A stretch of 64,000 bases of DNA. Origin: an uncultured Leptospirales bacterium. GTDB taxonomy: Bacteria > Spirochaetota > UBA4802 > UBA5550. Each line of letters starts with the position of its first letter. Within the stretch, counting starts at the first letter, position 1. The stretch lies in contig CAZEPS010000002.1 in the NCBI GenBank assembly GCA_964514165.1, positions 873-64,872 on the forward strand, given 5' to 3'. Below are positions 47,993-57,026 of this stretch, piece by piece. The position numbers and the translations under genes are program-made. The notes beneath the pieces are model-generated. The model had not been told where the DNA came from. It ran no database searches and saw only the letters and a program-made list of their open reading frames with translations.

Positions 47993-48643
47993 ATGGAAAT
48001 CAAGAGGAAAAGAGATAATTTTCTATACAGGCTGCAGCGCAGGTCCCTGGATGCAATGTTCAGGAACAGGCCGGATTTTACCAAAAGTGACTTCGCCCGG
48101 CTGCGGCAGAGCGTGAAGGGGGACCTGGTCAGGGAAGCGGTTAACGACGCGGAATACATCGCCCTCATCGAGGACATCCTCCTCCACGAGGAGTTCCAGC
48201 GACTGAAGCAGATACGGCACCATGATTCGAACATCTATAACCACTCGATCAAGGTGTCGTACGTGTCGTACAAGGCCTGCATCAGGCTCGGGTGCGATTA
48301 CCGCGCCGCGGCCAGGGGCGGGCTCCTTCATGACTTTTTTCATTACGACTGGAAAAAGGACGAGCGCCCCTACAAGGGGGGGTTCCACGCCTTCAGGCAT
48401 CCCCGGGTTGCCCTGGACACGGCGGAGCGTTTTTTTAACATATCCCCCGTCGAGAAGGACATCATCATCAAGCACATGTGGCCACTGACGATGCGTGCCC
48501 CCCGGTACCGGGAATCCATGATCGTGTCCATGCTCGACAAATACGTTGCCTCCTGCGAGCTCATGGGGCGTTCTGGGAAAAGTCTCGAGTCTATTCATCA
48601 TTCGAAGACGCCGAATCAGAATCCTGATCCTTCTTTACCATGA
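47993..48643 (+). CDS. HD-domain phosphohydrolase family protein
   Basis: HHD .. HD motif pattern (RHHDSNIYNHSIKVSY .. LLHDFFHYD). It sits in an AT-rich islet downstream of tRNA-Phe. The start is uncertain. Confidence 0.65.
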   Translation: MEIKRKRDNFLYRLQRRSLDAMFRNRPDFTKSDFARLRQSVKGDLVREAVNDAEYIALIEDILLHEEFQRLKQIRHHDSNIYNHSIKVSYVSYKACIRLGCDYRAAARGGLLHDFFHYDWKKDERPYKGGFHAFRHPRVALDTAERFFNISPVEKDIIIKHMWPLTMRAPRYRESMIVSMLDKYVASCELMGRSGKSLESIHHSKTPNQNPDPSLP

Positions 48644-48851
48644 CTGCGGACCGGCAGGCTGAAATGTCCGGATGTCCCCCATTGAGTGGGCCGGGCGACC
48701 GCATTATCGTTTTACCAAGCATTGTTTTGTCTTCCATTTTTATTCTCCTTATTTATAGAGATTCCCTTAATTTATCGTTTCTTGACCCGCCAGTATATTT
48801 CGGTGAGTCTGTTGTCCATGTCGGATACCTTTTCATTGGTAATGTAACCCG

Positions 48852-49046
48852 TTAAACGAGAAAAATTCCCGGAACCTTTTCAAAATGCGTGTCCATTGTA
48901 TATAATTTTGATCCGGTTTCAAAAACCATTGCGGCAATCCATACATCATTTGTAGGTATGGGTACGGAACTCATCATATTCATTATTATCCCATGCACCT
49001 GACAGGTCTGAAAGGTCCCTTTTCCTGTTTTCGCCGTTTTCAACAC
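48852..49046 (-). pseudogene. PIN-domain (VapC-like) toxin, C-terminal remnant
   Basis: 64 codons from a GTG start in a different frame. Only the C-terminal PIN signature (DVWIAAMVFETGSKLYTMDTHFEKVPG) is present. The N-terminal acidic residues are missing, and the frame overlaps the upstream RHH gene by 100 bp. Confidence 0.5.
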
Positions 49047-49245
49047 CGTTTGATTTTTTCAGTATACTGATGATGGTTCTATCAATGCTTGTATTATTTT
49101 TCCTGGCAATTTTTCGTAATTGATTATAAAGATTATCTGGTATTTTCCTCAATGATATCATATAGTGACGTAAAATATATGATATACCTGTATAAAGGTC
49201 AATTAAACAGAGATCCTGTTCCTGGAAAATGTCTGTTATCTCCAA
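48946..49245 (-). CDS. ribbon-helix-helix antitoxin (VapB / Arc-like)
   Basis: RHH pattern (RKIPDNLYNQLRKIARKNNTSIDRTIISIL). Probable real start at Met 29 (49161). Upstream partner of the PIN remnant. Confidence 0.55.
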   Translation of the reverse strand: MEITDIFQEQDLCLIDLYTGISYILRHYMISLRKIPDNLYNQLRKIARKNNTSIDRTIISILKKSNGVENGENRKRDLSDLSGAWDNNEYDEFRTHTYK

Positions 49246-49493
49246 AGGGCCTTATCACTTCTGGAATATGTATACTAGTGTATCTTACTGTAATACATAG
49301 AGGTTCCTTTATTATTTACCTGCTCTAATGGTATAATACAACCATGTATGTAACCGGTACATAACTGTGCATACACCACTACCTGGGGTTAACTGGAAAA
49401 AGAGGTACCTGCTACTCCCCCCTTAACCTCTTGACAAATTCTCCCGCGTCCCTACCGTAGTGACCCTGATACTTATACAGAGGGAGTTGCGCC

Positions 49494-50756
49494 ATGATAG
49501 ATCCCAGGCTGATACGGGAAGACCCGAAGGGGCTGAAGGCCCTTTTAAAAAAACGGCACATGGAGGGGGTGGTAGACCTGGACCGTTTCAGGGATATAGA
49601 CGAGAAACTGCGCTCCCTCAAGACCAGGTCTGACGATTTGCGCGAGAAGCGGAACAAACTCTCCAGGGAGATAGGGGCCCTCAAGTCAAAGGGGGAGGAC
49701 ACCACGGACATTATGAACGAGGTCCAGGGAAACAACGATGAGATAAAAAAACTTGCCGACGAAATAAATGAACTGAACGCAGAATATGAAGACATGCACC
49801 TTTCCATCCCGAACGTGCTGCACGAGAGCGTTCCCGAGGGGAGGGACGAAAACGACAACCTGGAGGTTCGGCAGTGGGGCGAAAAGCCGAAGTTCTCCTT
49901 TGAGCCGAAGCCCCACTATGACCTGGGGGCCGAATCCGGCATCCTCGATTTCGAGCGGGGGGTGAAGCTGGCCGGGGCCCGGTTCTACGTGTACCGTGGG
50001 CTGGCTGCCCGGCTCGAGCGGGCGATCATCAACTTCATGCTCGACCTCCACACCGGGGAGCACGGGTACACCGAGGTCTTCGGCCCCTTTATCGTGAACG
50101 ACGAGAGCATGATCGGCACCGGCCAGTACCCGAAGTTTCGGGACGAGTACTACCGCATCGACCGTGACGGGCTCTCCCTCATACCCACGGCAGAGGTGAC
50201 CCTCACCAACCTTTACCGGGACGAAATACTCGACGGGGGGGAACTGCCGATTAACGTCACCATGCAGTCGTCCTGTTTCCGGCGCGAGGCCGGGGCTGCC
50301 GGCAGGGACACCCGGGGCCTGGTGCGGGTCCACCAGTTCCAGAAGGTGGAGCTGGTGAAGTTCGTCAGGCCCGAAGACTCTTTTGACGAGCTTGAGAATC
50401 TCACGGCCGCGGCCGAGGAGGTTTTGAAGCGGCTGAACCTTCACTACCGGACCGTGCTCCTCTCGAGCGGGGACACGTCGGCCGCGTCGTCAAAGACCTA
50501 TGATGTCGAGGTCTGGATGCCGGGAATGGACCGGTACCTGGAGATTTCATCCTGCTCGAATTTCCAGGACTACCAGGCGCGGCGGGCGAAGATCCGGTTC
50601 CGCCGGGAGAAAGGTGAAAAGCCGGAGTTTGTTCATACCCTGAACGGGTCCGGCCTGGCGGCTGGACGCACTATGGCCGCTATAATGGAGAACTGCCAGC
50701 AGGAGGACGGTTCAATCGCCGTTCCCGAGGTCCTCAAACCCTACATGGACCGATAA
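49494..50756 (+). CDS. serS: serine--tRNA ligase
   Basis: 420 aa. N-terminal coiled-coil arm and class II aaRS motifs ([22 protein letters not shown]). Confidence 0.95.
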   Translation: MIDPRLIREDPKGLKALLKKRHMEGVVDLDRFRDIDEKLRSLKTRSDDLREKRNKLSREIGALKSKGEDTTDIMNEVQGNNDEIKKLADEINELNAEYEDMHLSIPNVLHESVPEGRDENDNLEVRQWGEKPKFSFEPKPHYDLGAESGILDFERGVKLAGARFYVYRGLAARLERAIINFMLDLHTGEHGYTEVFGPFIVNDESMIGTGQYPKFRDEYYRIDRDGLSLIPTAEVTLTNLYRDEILDGGELPINVTMQSSCFRREAGAAGRDTRGLVRVHQFQKVELVKFVRPEDSFDELENLTAAAEEVLKRLNLHYRTVLLSSGDTSAASSKTYDVEVWMPGMDRYLEISSCSNFQDYQARRAKIRFRREKGEKPEFVHTLNGSGLAAGRTMAAIMENCQQEDGSIAVPEVLKPYMDR

Positions 50757-50772
50757 CAATCGGTAGTTTGCC

Positions 50773-51741
50773 ATGATTACCCTGTTATTGAACACCTGGG
50801 TACACTTCCGGCAGGCCCTTTCCCTCTCCCTGGCATGGAAAAGACCGATAACAATCGGTGGCGGGGCCGATTTTCTCGTAAAAACCCCGGCTCTGACCCC
50901 CATCTTCAACGATATCAAGGGCATTATTGCAAATCTCAACGCCGGTGAGTTCACCGAAACCGGAGGGGATCTGATCTTCACCCCCGGTTCTATCACCTTC
51001 GGCAGGCACCGGCTGGAAACCGGCCCCTTTTCCTCGGGGGTTGAGGCGGCACTGTTTCTTATGCCGGCACTCTTCTTCCAGGGCTTCCGGTCTGTTCTAA
51101 CGGTCTATGGCGTGACCCACCCGGCCGGTTTTCATTCCACCGGTTTCGTCAAGGAAGCGCTTCTGCCGGTGCTCGAAGGGCTCGGCTTCTACGCCAGCCT
51201 TTCACTCAAGCGCTTCGGGTTTCACGGCTCGGGGGAGGGGGAGTTCGAGATGCGGATCTATCCCCACGAGATTCGGAGGGGGGGGACCATGCCGGTCAGG
51301 CCAGCCGAATCTGTAGCCGGCGCCAGGATATTCATCGCGGGCATGAACCTTGACCTGGCGGCCCGGTACCGGGATTATATTTCCAGGGCGCTCGGTGTTT
51401 CCGAAAACCTGGTCTCAATCCTGGAAATCAGGGACGCGGCGGGCATGGGATGCGCGGTACAGGTATACCTCGGCGCGGGGCGGCAGAACCATGTTTTATA
51501 CCGCAACATACCGGTCTATAATGCCGCCGGGGACCTGGTTTTTGACGAGGCCGAATCCCTGGCAGTGCTTGACAGCCTCGCCGGAGAGGCGAAATCCCTC
51601 GCCGGGGGCCGAAACCTGCCGGACCCCCTCGTTGCCGAAACCCTGCCCTGGCTCTTCCTGTCGGGCGGCACCGTGGAACTCCCGGCAAACATGCCCCTGT
51701 CCGAAGGATCATTGAAACTGTGCGAAGCTTTTTCCCGGTAG
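50773..51741 (+). CDS. RNA 3'-terminal phosphate cyclase family protein (RtcA/Rcl1-like), apparently lacking the adenylylated His
   Basis: RQALSLSLAWKRPITI aligns to RtcA RSALSLSMITGQPFTI. The C-terminal LFLSGGTVELPANMPLS aligns to RtcA ALAGAGEFTVAHPSCH with Asn at the His position. The N-terminus is shorter than canonical. Confidence 0.55.
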   Translation: MITLLLNTWVHFRQALSLSLAWKRPITIGGGADFLVKTPALTPIFNDIKGIIANLNAGEFTETGGDLIFTPGSITFGRHRLETGPFSSGVEAALFLMPALFFQGFRSVLTVYGVTHPAGFHSTGFVKEALLPVLEGLGFYASLSLKRFGFHGSGEGEFEMRIYPHEIRRGGTMPVRPAESVAGARIFIAGMNLDLAARYRDYISRALGVSENLVSILEIRDAAGMGCAVQVYLGAGRQNHVLYRNIPVYNAAGDLVFDEAESLAVLDSLAGEAKSLAGGRNLPDPLVAETLPWLFLSGGTVELPANMPLSEGSLKLCEAFSR

Positions 51742-51745
51742 GTTG

Positions 51746-52975
51746 CTACCGATCGAGAAAGTCCATCTCTTCGAAAACCCGGTCCCGGAAGAGGGCGTAC
51801 CGTATGGCCGAGAGTTTTCTTTCAAAGTATGCGATTTCCTTTTCGATCAAGGCGCTGTCTTTCCCCTCGGCTGACCCGGCCTGTTTCCTGAGTTGTTTCA
51901 ATTCGTCGGTTATTGACGCGGTCTGGATAAGGCGGCGGCAGGTTTTCACGTCACGCCGGTTGTGGGTCCATACCGGCACTATCTCGAACCGCGGCTCAAT
52001 CCGATCGCCCCGCTTTTTCAGGAAGAGGCGGACGATGATCGAGTCCCTGGTGCTGAGCACGTGGCCGTTTCCGGGAAAAGGCTCCTCTCCGCTCTGGTTC
52101 GATATGAAGTTACCGAGACTGTAGAAGATGTATCCTGTGCGCTCCCCTTCCCCTGCAGCAGAAATTTTTTCCACCGGCTGGAGGAGGTGGGGGTGGTGGC
52201 CGACCACGAGGTCAACGCCCTTTCGCACGCATTCTCTCATGAGGTCCCTGTCCCGCTTGTCCGGGTCCAGGGCGTATTCGGTGCCGGTGTGCACCACCAG
52301 TATCAGGTAGTCGCAGAAGGGGCGGATCCGCTCTATGTCCTCGAAGACGTGGTCCTGGCGGTAGAACCAGTTCACGTGGAACCGGGAGTGCCGTTTCGGA
52401 AGGGGATAGTTGGTGACCCCGGTATAGCCGACGAACCCGACGCGGATGCCGTCAACCTCTTTCACCACCCCCCGGCGGGCCTCTTCCTCTGTCAGGTGAG
52501 CGCCGACCACGTCGAGCCCGTATTCAGCGGCGTACTCCACCGTGCTCCTGGTACCTTCGGCCCCCTGATCGAGGATATGGTTGTTGGCAAGCTGAACCAT
52601 GGTAAAGCCGGCCTTCCTCAGGGCCGGAAGCACGTCCGGATAGCAGTTAAATATTCTCGGTTCGCTCTGGAAGGGCGGCCGTATCGGGAATTCCATGTTT
52701 CCCACCACGATGTCGCTTTTCCTCAGGTGTGGGGCAATGCGCTCGAAGAGGAAGTCGAATCCTTCGTTGTTAAGGGACTTTTTCGTGTCATGGTCGACCC
52801 GGTTCATGACAAGACTGCTCGACTTTACCGGGATATGCATGATGATGTCCCCGGTAAAAGAAACCGAGACCTCTTTACCCTGGAGGCAGCTCGTGATCAG
52901 GAGAAGGGCGATGCTTACGATAATGGAGCTGAATTTCATGAAAGACATTTGAATCAGCGAACGGTGATATTTCAA
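51746..52975 (-). CDS. CapA family protein (PGA_cap metallophosphatase-like), lipoprotein
   Basis: CapA-like metallophosphoesterase motifs (GNMEF, GAH, VVHTGTEY, GHHPH). N-terminal lipoprotein signal (LLITSC). Start is either 52975 or 52939. Confidence 0.75.
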   Translation of the reverse strand: MKYHRSLIQMSFMKFSSIIVSIALLLITSCLQGKEVSVSFTGDIIMHIPVKSSSLVMNRVDHDTKKSLNNEGFDFLFERIAPHLRKSDIVVGNMEFPIRPPFQSEPRIFNCYPDVLPALRKAGFTMVQLANNHILDQGAEGTRSTVEYAAEYGLDVVGAHLTEEEARRGVVKEVDGIRVGFVGYTGVTNYPLPKRHSRFHVNWFYRQDHVFEDIERIRPFCDYLILVVHTGTEYALDPDKRDRDLMRECVRKGVDLVVGHHPHLLQPVEKISAAGEGERTGYIFYSLGNFISNQSGEEPFPGNGHVLSTRDSIIVRLFLKKRGDRIEPRFEIVPVWTHNRRDVKTCRRLIQTASITDELKQLRKQAGSAEGKDSALIEKEIAYFERKLSAIRYALFRDRVFEEMDFLDR

Positions 52976-53123
52976 TTACTTTTCAGTAAGAAGAAAGTTA
53001 TTGATTAATTTTCATGCTCATCGCAATGATAAAAACAAAGAATACTGACCAGCACTATTTTTATTACATGTCGCCGGTCTAAATGATAGCTGTGCCCGCA
53101 ATTAATTCAGGAGCTGTTTTGAT

Positions 53124-53792
53124 GTGTTTATGAAAGAAAAATTGACAGTCCTTTGTATCATAGTGTTATTTACCGTTCCCGCTTTTGCCGGGAGGAAGGA
53201 TTACGACCGCCTCCGTTCAGAGATTGAAATCCTGAAGAAAAAGGCAACCCTCCTGGAACGGCGGAACGCTGTTCTCGAGGACGAGAACAGGCTGTACCAT
53301 AAAAAAGTTGAGGATCAGCAGAAAAGGCTGGAAAACCTGGCCGCTGAACTGAAGCAGACCATTGAAAAGCACGAGAAAGAGATTGACGCCCGGCAGAAAA
53401 AATACCTGTCCCTGGAAAAGGAACTTTCAGATTCAAGAGAAGAGACCCGGAAACTCCAGGAACAGATTAAAGAGAAGAATCTGGCAATAAAAATCCTGGA
53501 GAAAGACAACCTGGGACTGAAAAAGGAAGCTGAAGATCTCAGAAAGAGAATCCATGATCACGAAAAGAAATTCGGGGAACTTGAAAAAGAACTGGCGGAA
53601 ACTGAAGCGGTACTCAGGAGGTGCGAAGAGGCGCGTAATGAACTGGTGGGGAACCTCGATGAGATAAAGAAGCTTGAAGATGAGAACCAGGGCCTTAGAA
53701 AAGAAAGGGAAACCCTTGAAAAAGATCTTCAGGATTTGCAGAGAACGATCAGGGAACTGGAAAATCAGATCAGTGATCTGAAAAAAGAGTGA
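53124..53792 (+). CDS. secreted coiled-coil protein
   Basis: Signal peptide, then ~190 aa of heptad-rich K/E/L sequence. Confidence 0.6.
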   Translation: MFMKEKLTVLCIIVLFTVPAFAGRKDYDRLRSEIEILKKKATLLERRNAVLEDENRLYHKKVEDQQKRLENLAAELKQTIEKHEKEIDARQKKYLSLEKELSDSREETRKLQEQIKEKNLAIKILEKDNLGLKKEAEDLRKRIHDHEKKFGELEKELAETEAVLRRCEEARNELVGNLDEIKKLEDENQGLRKERETLEKDLQDLQRTIRELENQISDLKKE

Positions 53793-53850
53793 ATAATAGA
53801 GGTTCCAATAATTATCTGCTGCTGCCTTGAAAGTGCGGTTCTTAAACACT

Positions 53851-53915
53851 AACATGCAAATGCATGAGTATGTATTTGCATGATTTCTGCATGAGAGGCG
53901 CATCGCGCCTTTCAT
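53851..53915 (+). repeat. two-hairpin intergenic element, family C, copy 1
   Basis: ACATGCAAATGCATGAGTATGTATTTGCATGA + TTTCTG + CATGAGAGGCGCATCGCGCCTTTCATG. The reverse complement of 62255-62318 has the same architecture and sequence. Confidence 0.65.
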
Positions 53916-53939
53916 GAAAAGCTGCTTTTTAAATATGCC

Positions 53940-56174
53940 ATGAGATATACCTGCGTTACTATTCTGATAATTATACTACTATTGCCCGCGTATTCATGGT
54001 CCCAGGAGCGCCTGAACCTGCTCCTCACCTCTAACATCGGGGCGAACTTTTCCACGGATATTGAAAACCAGGAGAAGAACGACCCGATGTTTCTCCTGGC
54101 CCAGACGATTCTCCAGGAAAAGAGAAAAGGCAACCGCCTCTGGTTCGACCTGGGCAACGCCTTCTATCCCGGCCCCCTTTCCAAGTTCAGCTATGGTTCG
54201 GCAATGATGGACTTCTTCCAGCATATCGGCTGCGAGGCCTCGCTGGTATCATCCGACGACATACGGGTCGGCCTTGAATCACTGGTTTTCCTGAACCGTA
54301 AAGAGACAACGGATCTCATCTCAGCCAATATTATCCGGGACGGATCCCCGGTTTTCAGGAGTTATGTCATCAGGAGGACAGGAGGCAGGAAACTCGCATT
54401 TATCGGCCTCTCCTCCATGAAGATACGGTTTGACATGGCCGAAAAAAACGTCAATGACATCTCCCTGAGAAAAAACATCGACGCGGTGAAACTGGCGCTC
54501 AGGGAGGTGAACGCCGAGGGGGTGGAAAGCGTCATCCTGTTGTCCGGGCTGGAACACCGCGACAATGTGGAACTCCTGAACCTCTTCCAGGAGATAGACC
54601 TGGTCATTGCCGGGGGTGACAACATCGGGAAACTGGCCTCTGGTAGGTTCCTCAGGATGGACATGGCGGACGGCCGGTCCATCGTCCTCCTCCCTCCGGG
54701 AAGTGACTATTACCTGCTGGATCTGGCCCTCGGCAAAGGGATCGCGGTAACCGGTATTGAACCCGGCAGTTCAGGGTACCGGCAGGAGGAGTCTCAACGA
54801 TACCGTGAGTTCCGGGAGCGGATTACCCGGTGGAAAGACCTGTTCCGTGACGAGATGGGAACGGTTATCATCAAAAAAGGGGACAAGCCGGTGGTTGTCG
54901 ACCATGAAAGGATAGCGGCGCTTATGAGGCACCTCTACCGGTCGGAACTCGCCGTGGTAAAAAACGATTCCGTGGAACCCCTGAGAGTCGACCGTGACAT
55001 CGCCACCGCTGACGTGCTCGGGTCTATAGAGGACAATTATAATATCCTTGTCTACAAGCTCACCGGTAAAGAACTTCTCAAACTTGAACAATACATTACC
55101 GGCTACACCATTTCCGGCTACGAAAACAGCCTGATCCAGGGATACCGGATTAATGAGAAGAGGCACTACCGTGTCGTGTCCACCCAGTCGGTGTTTGAAG
55201 AGGTCAACGGTTTTCTAAAGAGAAAAATCCCCTACGAAAACACCTGGGAAAACATTACCGATATCGTCGTCGATGATCTGAAGGGAGAGCGGGTACTCCT
55301 GAAAGACAACTACCGTTATCTGGAACGGCGTTTCAGGGCGACGATTGACATTGCCCTGTCTGCTTTTTACGAGGCGACCGGCGTTATTAAAACCAGGGAC
55401 GTTGAGATTCCGGCCGGCATGGCGGAAGAATCATATGCCCGGTGGGGCGGGGAAACGGAGATAGATTTCTCCTGGTACAACGTGAACCACTTTTTTACCC
55501 TGACCCCTTATGTATCACTTGAGTATAATAACTACGAGTATCTGAGCAACCTCATGAGGGGAACATTATATTATAATTTCAATGCGAGCCGGTACGTCAA
55601 TATCTACCATAAATATTCCGCCGAGTCAGCGGTTTTCAAAACGAGGAAGGGGAGCAGGCCGGCGAGTGTCACTTCCATAAGTGAATACTATCTGTTTTAC
55701 CAGTATATACGGAGAGAACGTCCCGCCTTCATGCGCCAGACCCTGGGGCCAGAGATTGACTTTAAGTATATTACCTTCCGCGTGGGGGCCGGTTATGAGA
55801 AGCATTTTCACGATCCGGTGACGGACATCGCCTACGGTATCGAAGGGTTTCTCGGTGTCAGGGTGAGTTTTCTGAGGTATTTTAAATTTACCCTTCAAGA
55901 CGATGTTTTCTATTCACTCGTCTTCTCCGACGGGACAAACACCCTGACCTACAATGTAGTGAAGGCGCTCTACGCGATAGAGCTTGAGCGGTACGCCCTG
56001 TGGTACCTCAGAAACAACCTTGACGCGGCACTTACCTTTACGTTTAATGATATGGTGGGATTATCCCTGCGGTACAAGTGGTATATCAGGCATTCTTTTG
56101 AATACCGGCAGCGGTATTCAAATTCCAAGATTATGCTTTCTCTGGATATGAATACCGATTTCAAGATTTTTTAA
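53940..56174 (+). CDS. hypothetical secreted protein; N-terminal degenerate metallophosphatase-like region, C-terminal beta-rich (possible outer-membrane) region
   Basis: Signal peptide. GNAFYPG and IAGGDN resemble degenerate GNHEF / GHxH phosphoesterase motifs. The C-terminal 400 aa is rich in aromatic-ending beta strands and ends with a terminal F. Confidence 0.4.
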   Translation: MRYTCVTILIIILLLPAYSWSQERLNLLLTSNIGANFSTDIENQEKNDPMFLLAQTILQEKRKGNRLWFDLGNAFYPGPLSKFSYGSAMMDFFQHIGCEASLVSSDDIRVGLESLVFLNRKETTDLISANIIRDGSPVFRSYVIRRTGGRKLAFIGLSSMKIRFDMAEKNVNDISLRKNIDAVKLALREVNAEGVESVILLSGLEHRDNVELLNLFQEIDLVIAGGDNIGKLASGRFLRMDMADGRSIVLLPPGSDYYLLDLALGKGIAVTGIEPGSSGYRQEESQRYREFRERITRWKDLFRDEMGTVIIKKGDKPVVVDHERIAALMRHLYRSELAVVKNDSVEPLRVDRDIATADVLGSIEDNYNILVYKLTGKELLKLEQYITGYTISGYENSLIQGYRINEKRHYRVVSTQSVFEEVNGFLKRKIPYENTWENITDIVVDDLKGERVLLKDNYRYLERRFRATIDIALSAFYEATGVIKTRDVEIPAGMAEESYARWGGETEIDFSWYNVNHFFTLTPYVSLEYNNYEYLSNLMRGTLYYNFNASRYVNIYHKYSAESAVFKTRKGSRPASVTSISEYYLFYQYIRRERPAFMRQTLGPEIDFKYITFRVGAGYEKHFHDPVTDIAYGIEGFLGVRVSFLRYFKFTLQDDVFYSLVFSDGTNTLTYNVVKALYAIELERYALWYLRNNLDAALTFTFNDMVGLSLRYKWYIRHSFEYRQRYSNSKIMLSLDMNTDFKIF

Positions 56175-56221
56175 TGTTCTCGGAAAGAGAAATTATTACG
56201 TTTCAATGATAACGCTTTGTT

Positions 56222-56674
56222 TCAGTAAAAAATATACGCCTCTCCCCGGTCAGTGCCGCCGGAATCGGCCCAATTGGCCCCTATGATGGCGTATTCTCCG
56301 GAAAAAGACACACTGTATCCGAACCGGTCGTCCGTATCCTGATTAGACGCGAAAAGCCTGGCTTTTTCGTACCATTGCCCGGTCCAGAAGTTCCGCTCAT
56401 AAATGTAGGCTTCTCCGCTGTTTACGAAACCGTTATCAGATCCCCATGCCCCCACGATAGCGCGGCTGCCTGAAATTGATACGCTGCTTCCGAAAAAAGC
56501 GGAATCTGTTTTATCGGACGCCGGTACAATTATTGCGGTGGAAAAATTTTCCCGCACCAGGGCAAGCGGGTTAGGGAGTTCATTAGCCTTGTCCCAGAGG
56601 TCGTTCTGGGCGCAAGATCCCAGGATGAGAATCGGGAGGAGTACGATGAAATATGATTTTTTGAGAAATTTCAT
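56222..56674 (-). CDS. FG-GAP-like repeat lipoprotein
   Basis: Lipobox LGSCA. Internal repeats FGSSVSISGSRAIVGAW..GEAYIY and FGYSVSFSGEYAIIGAN..GEAYIF. Confidence 0.6.
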   Translation of the reverse strand: MKFLKKSYFIVLLPILILGSCAQNDLWDKANELPNPLALVRENFSTAIIVPASDKTDSAFFGSSVSISGSRAIVGAWGSDNGFVNSGEAYIYERNFWTGQWYEKARLFASNQDTDDRFGYSVSFSGEYAIIGANWADSGGTDRGEAYIFY

Positions 56675-57026
56675 GATAATATGTGCTCATAGGGAGCAAA
56701 TAAACATATTTCTTCAATAATTGATGTAATGTAATATACCATATTACCAGTTGCGCGTCAAATAGTACAAGCAGATTCATCCATCAGATATCACAAACAT
56801 TCAATTTACCGGCAGTATCGCCTTAATGTGCAAAAAAAAACTGAAAACGCTGTCATTTATACTTCTATTATGTTTAATTTTCATAAAAAACTTAACACAA
56901 AAAAGGCACCTCTAGAACAATCAGGTTGAATAACTGTTGCCATTAATTATATAATCCATAGTAGGATCCTTAAATCACGGATTATTCCCGATTATCACTG
57001 TTTTTTTTATTATTCCGGAGGACACC

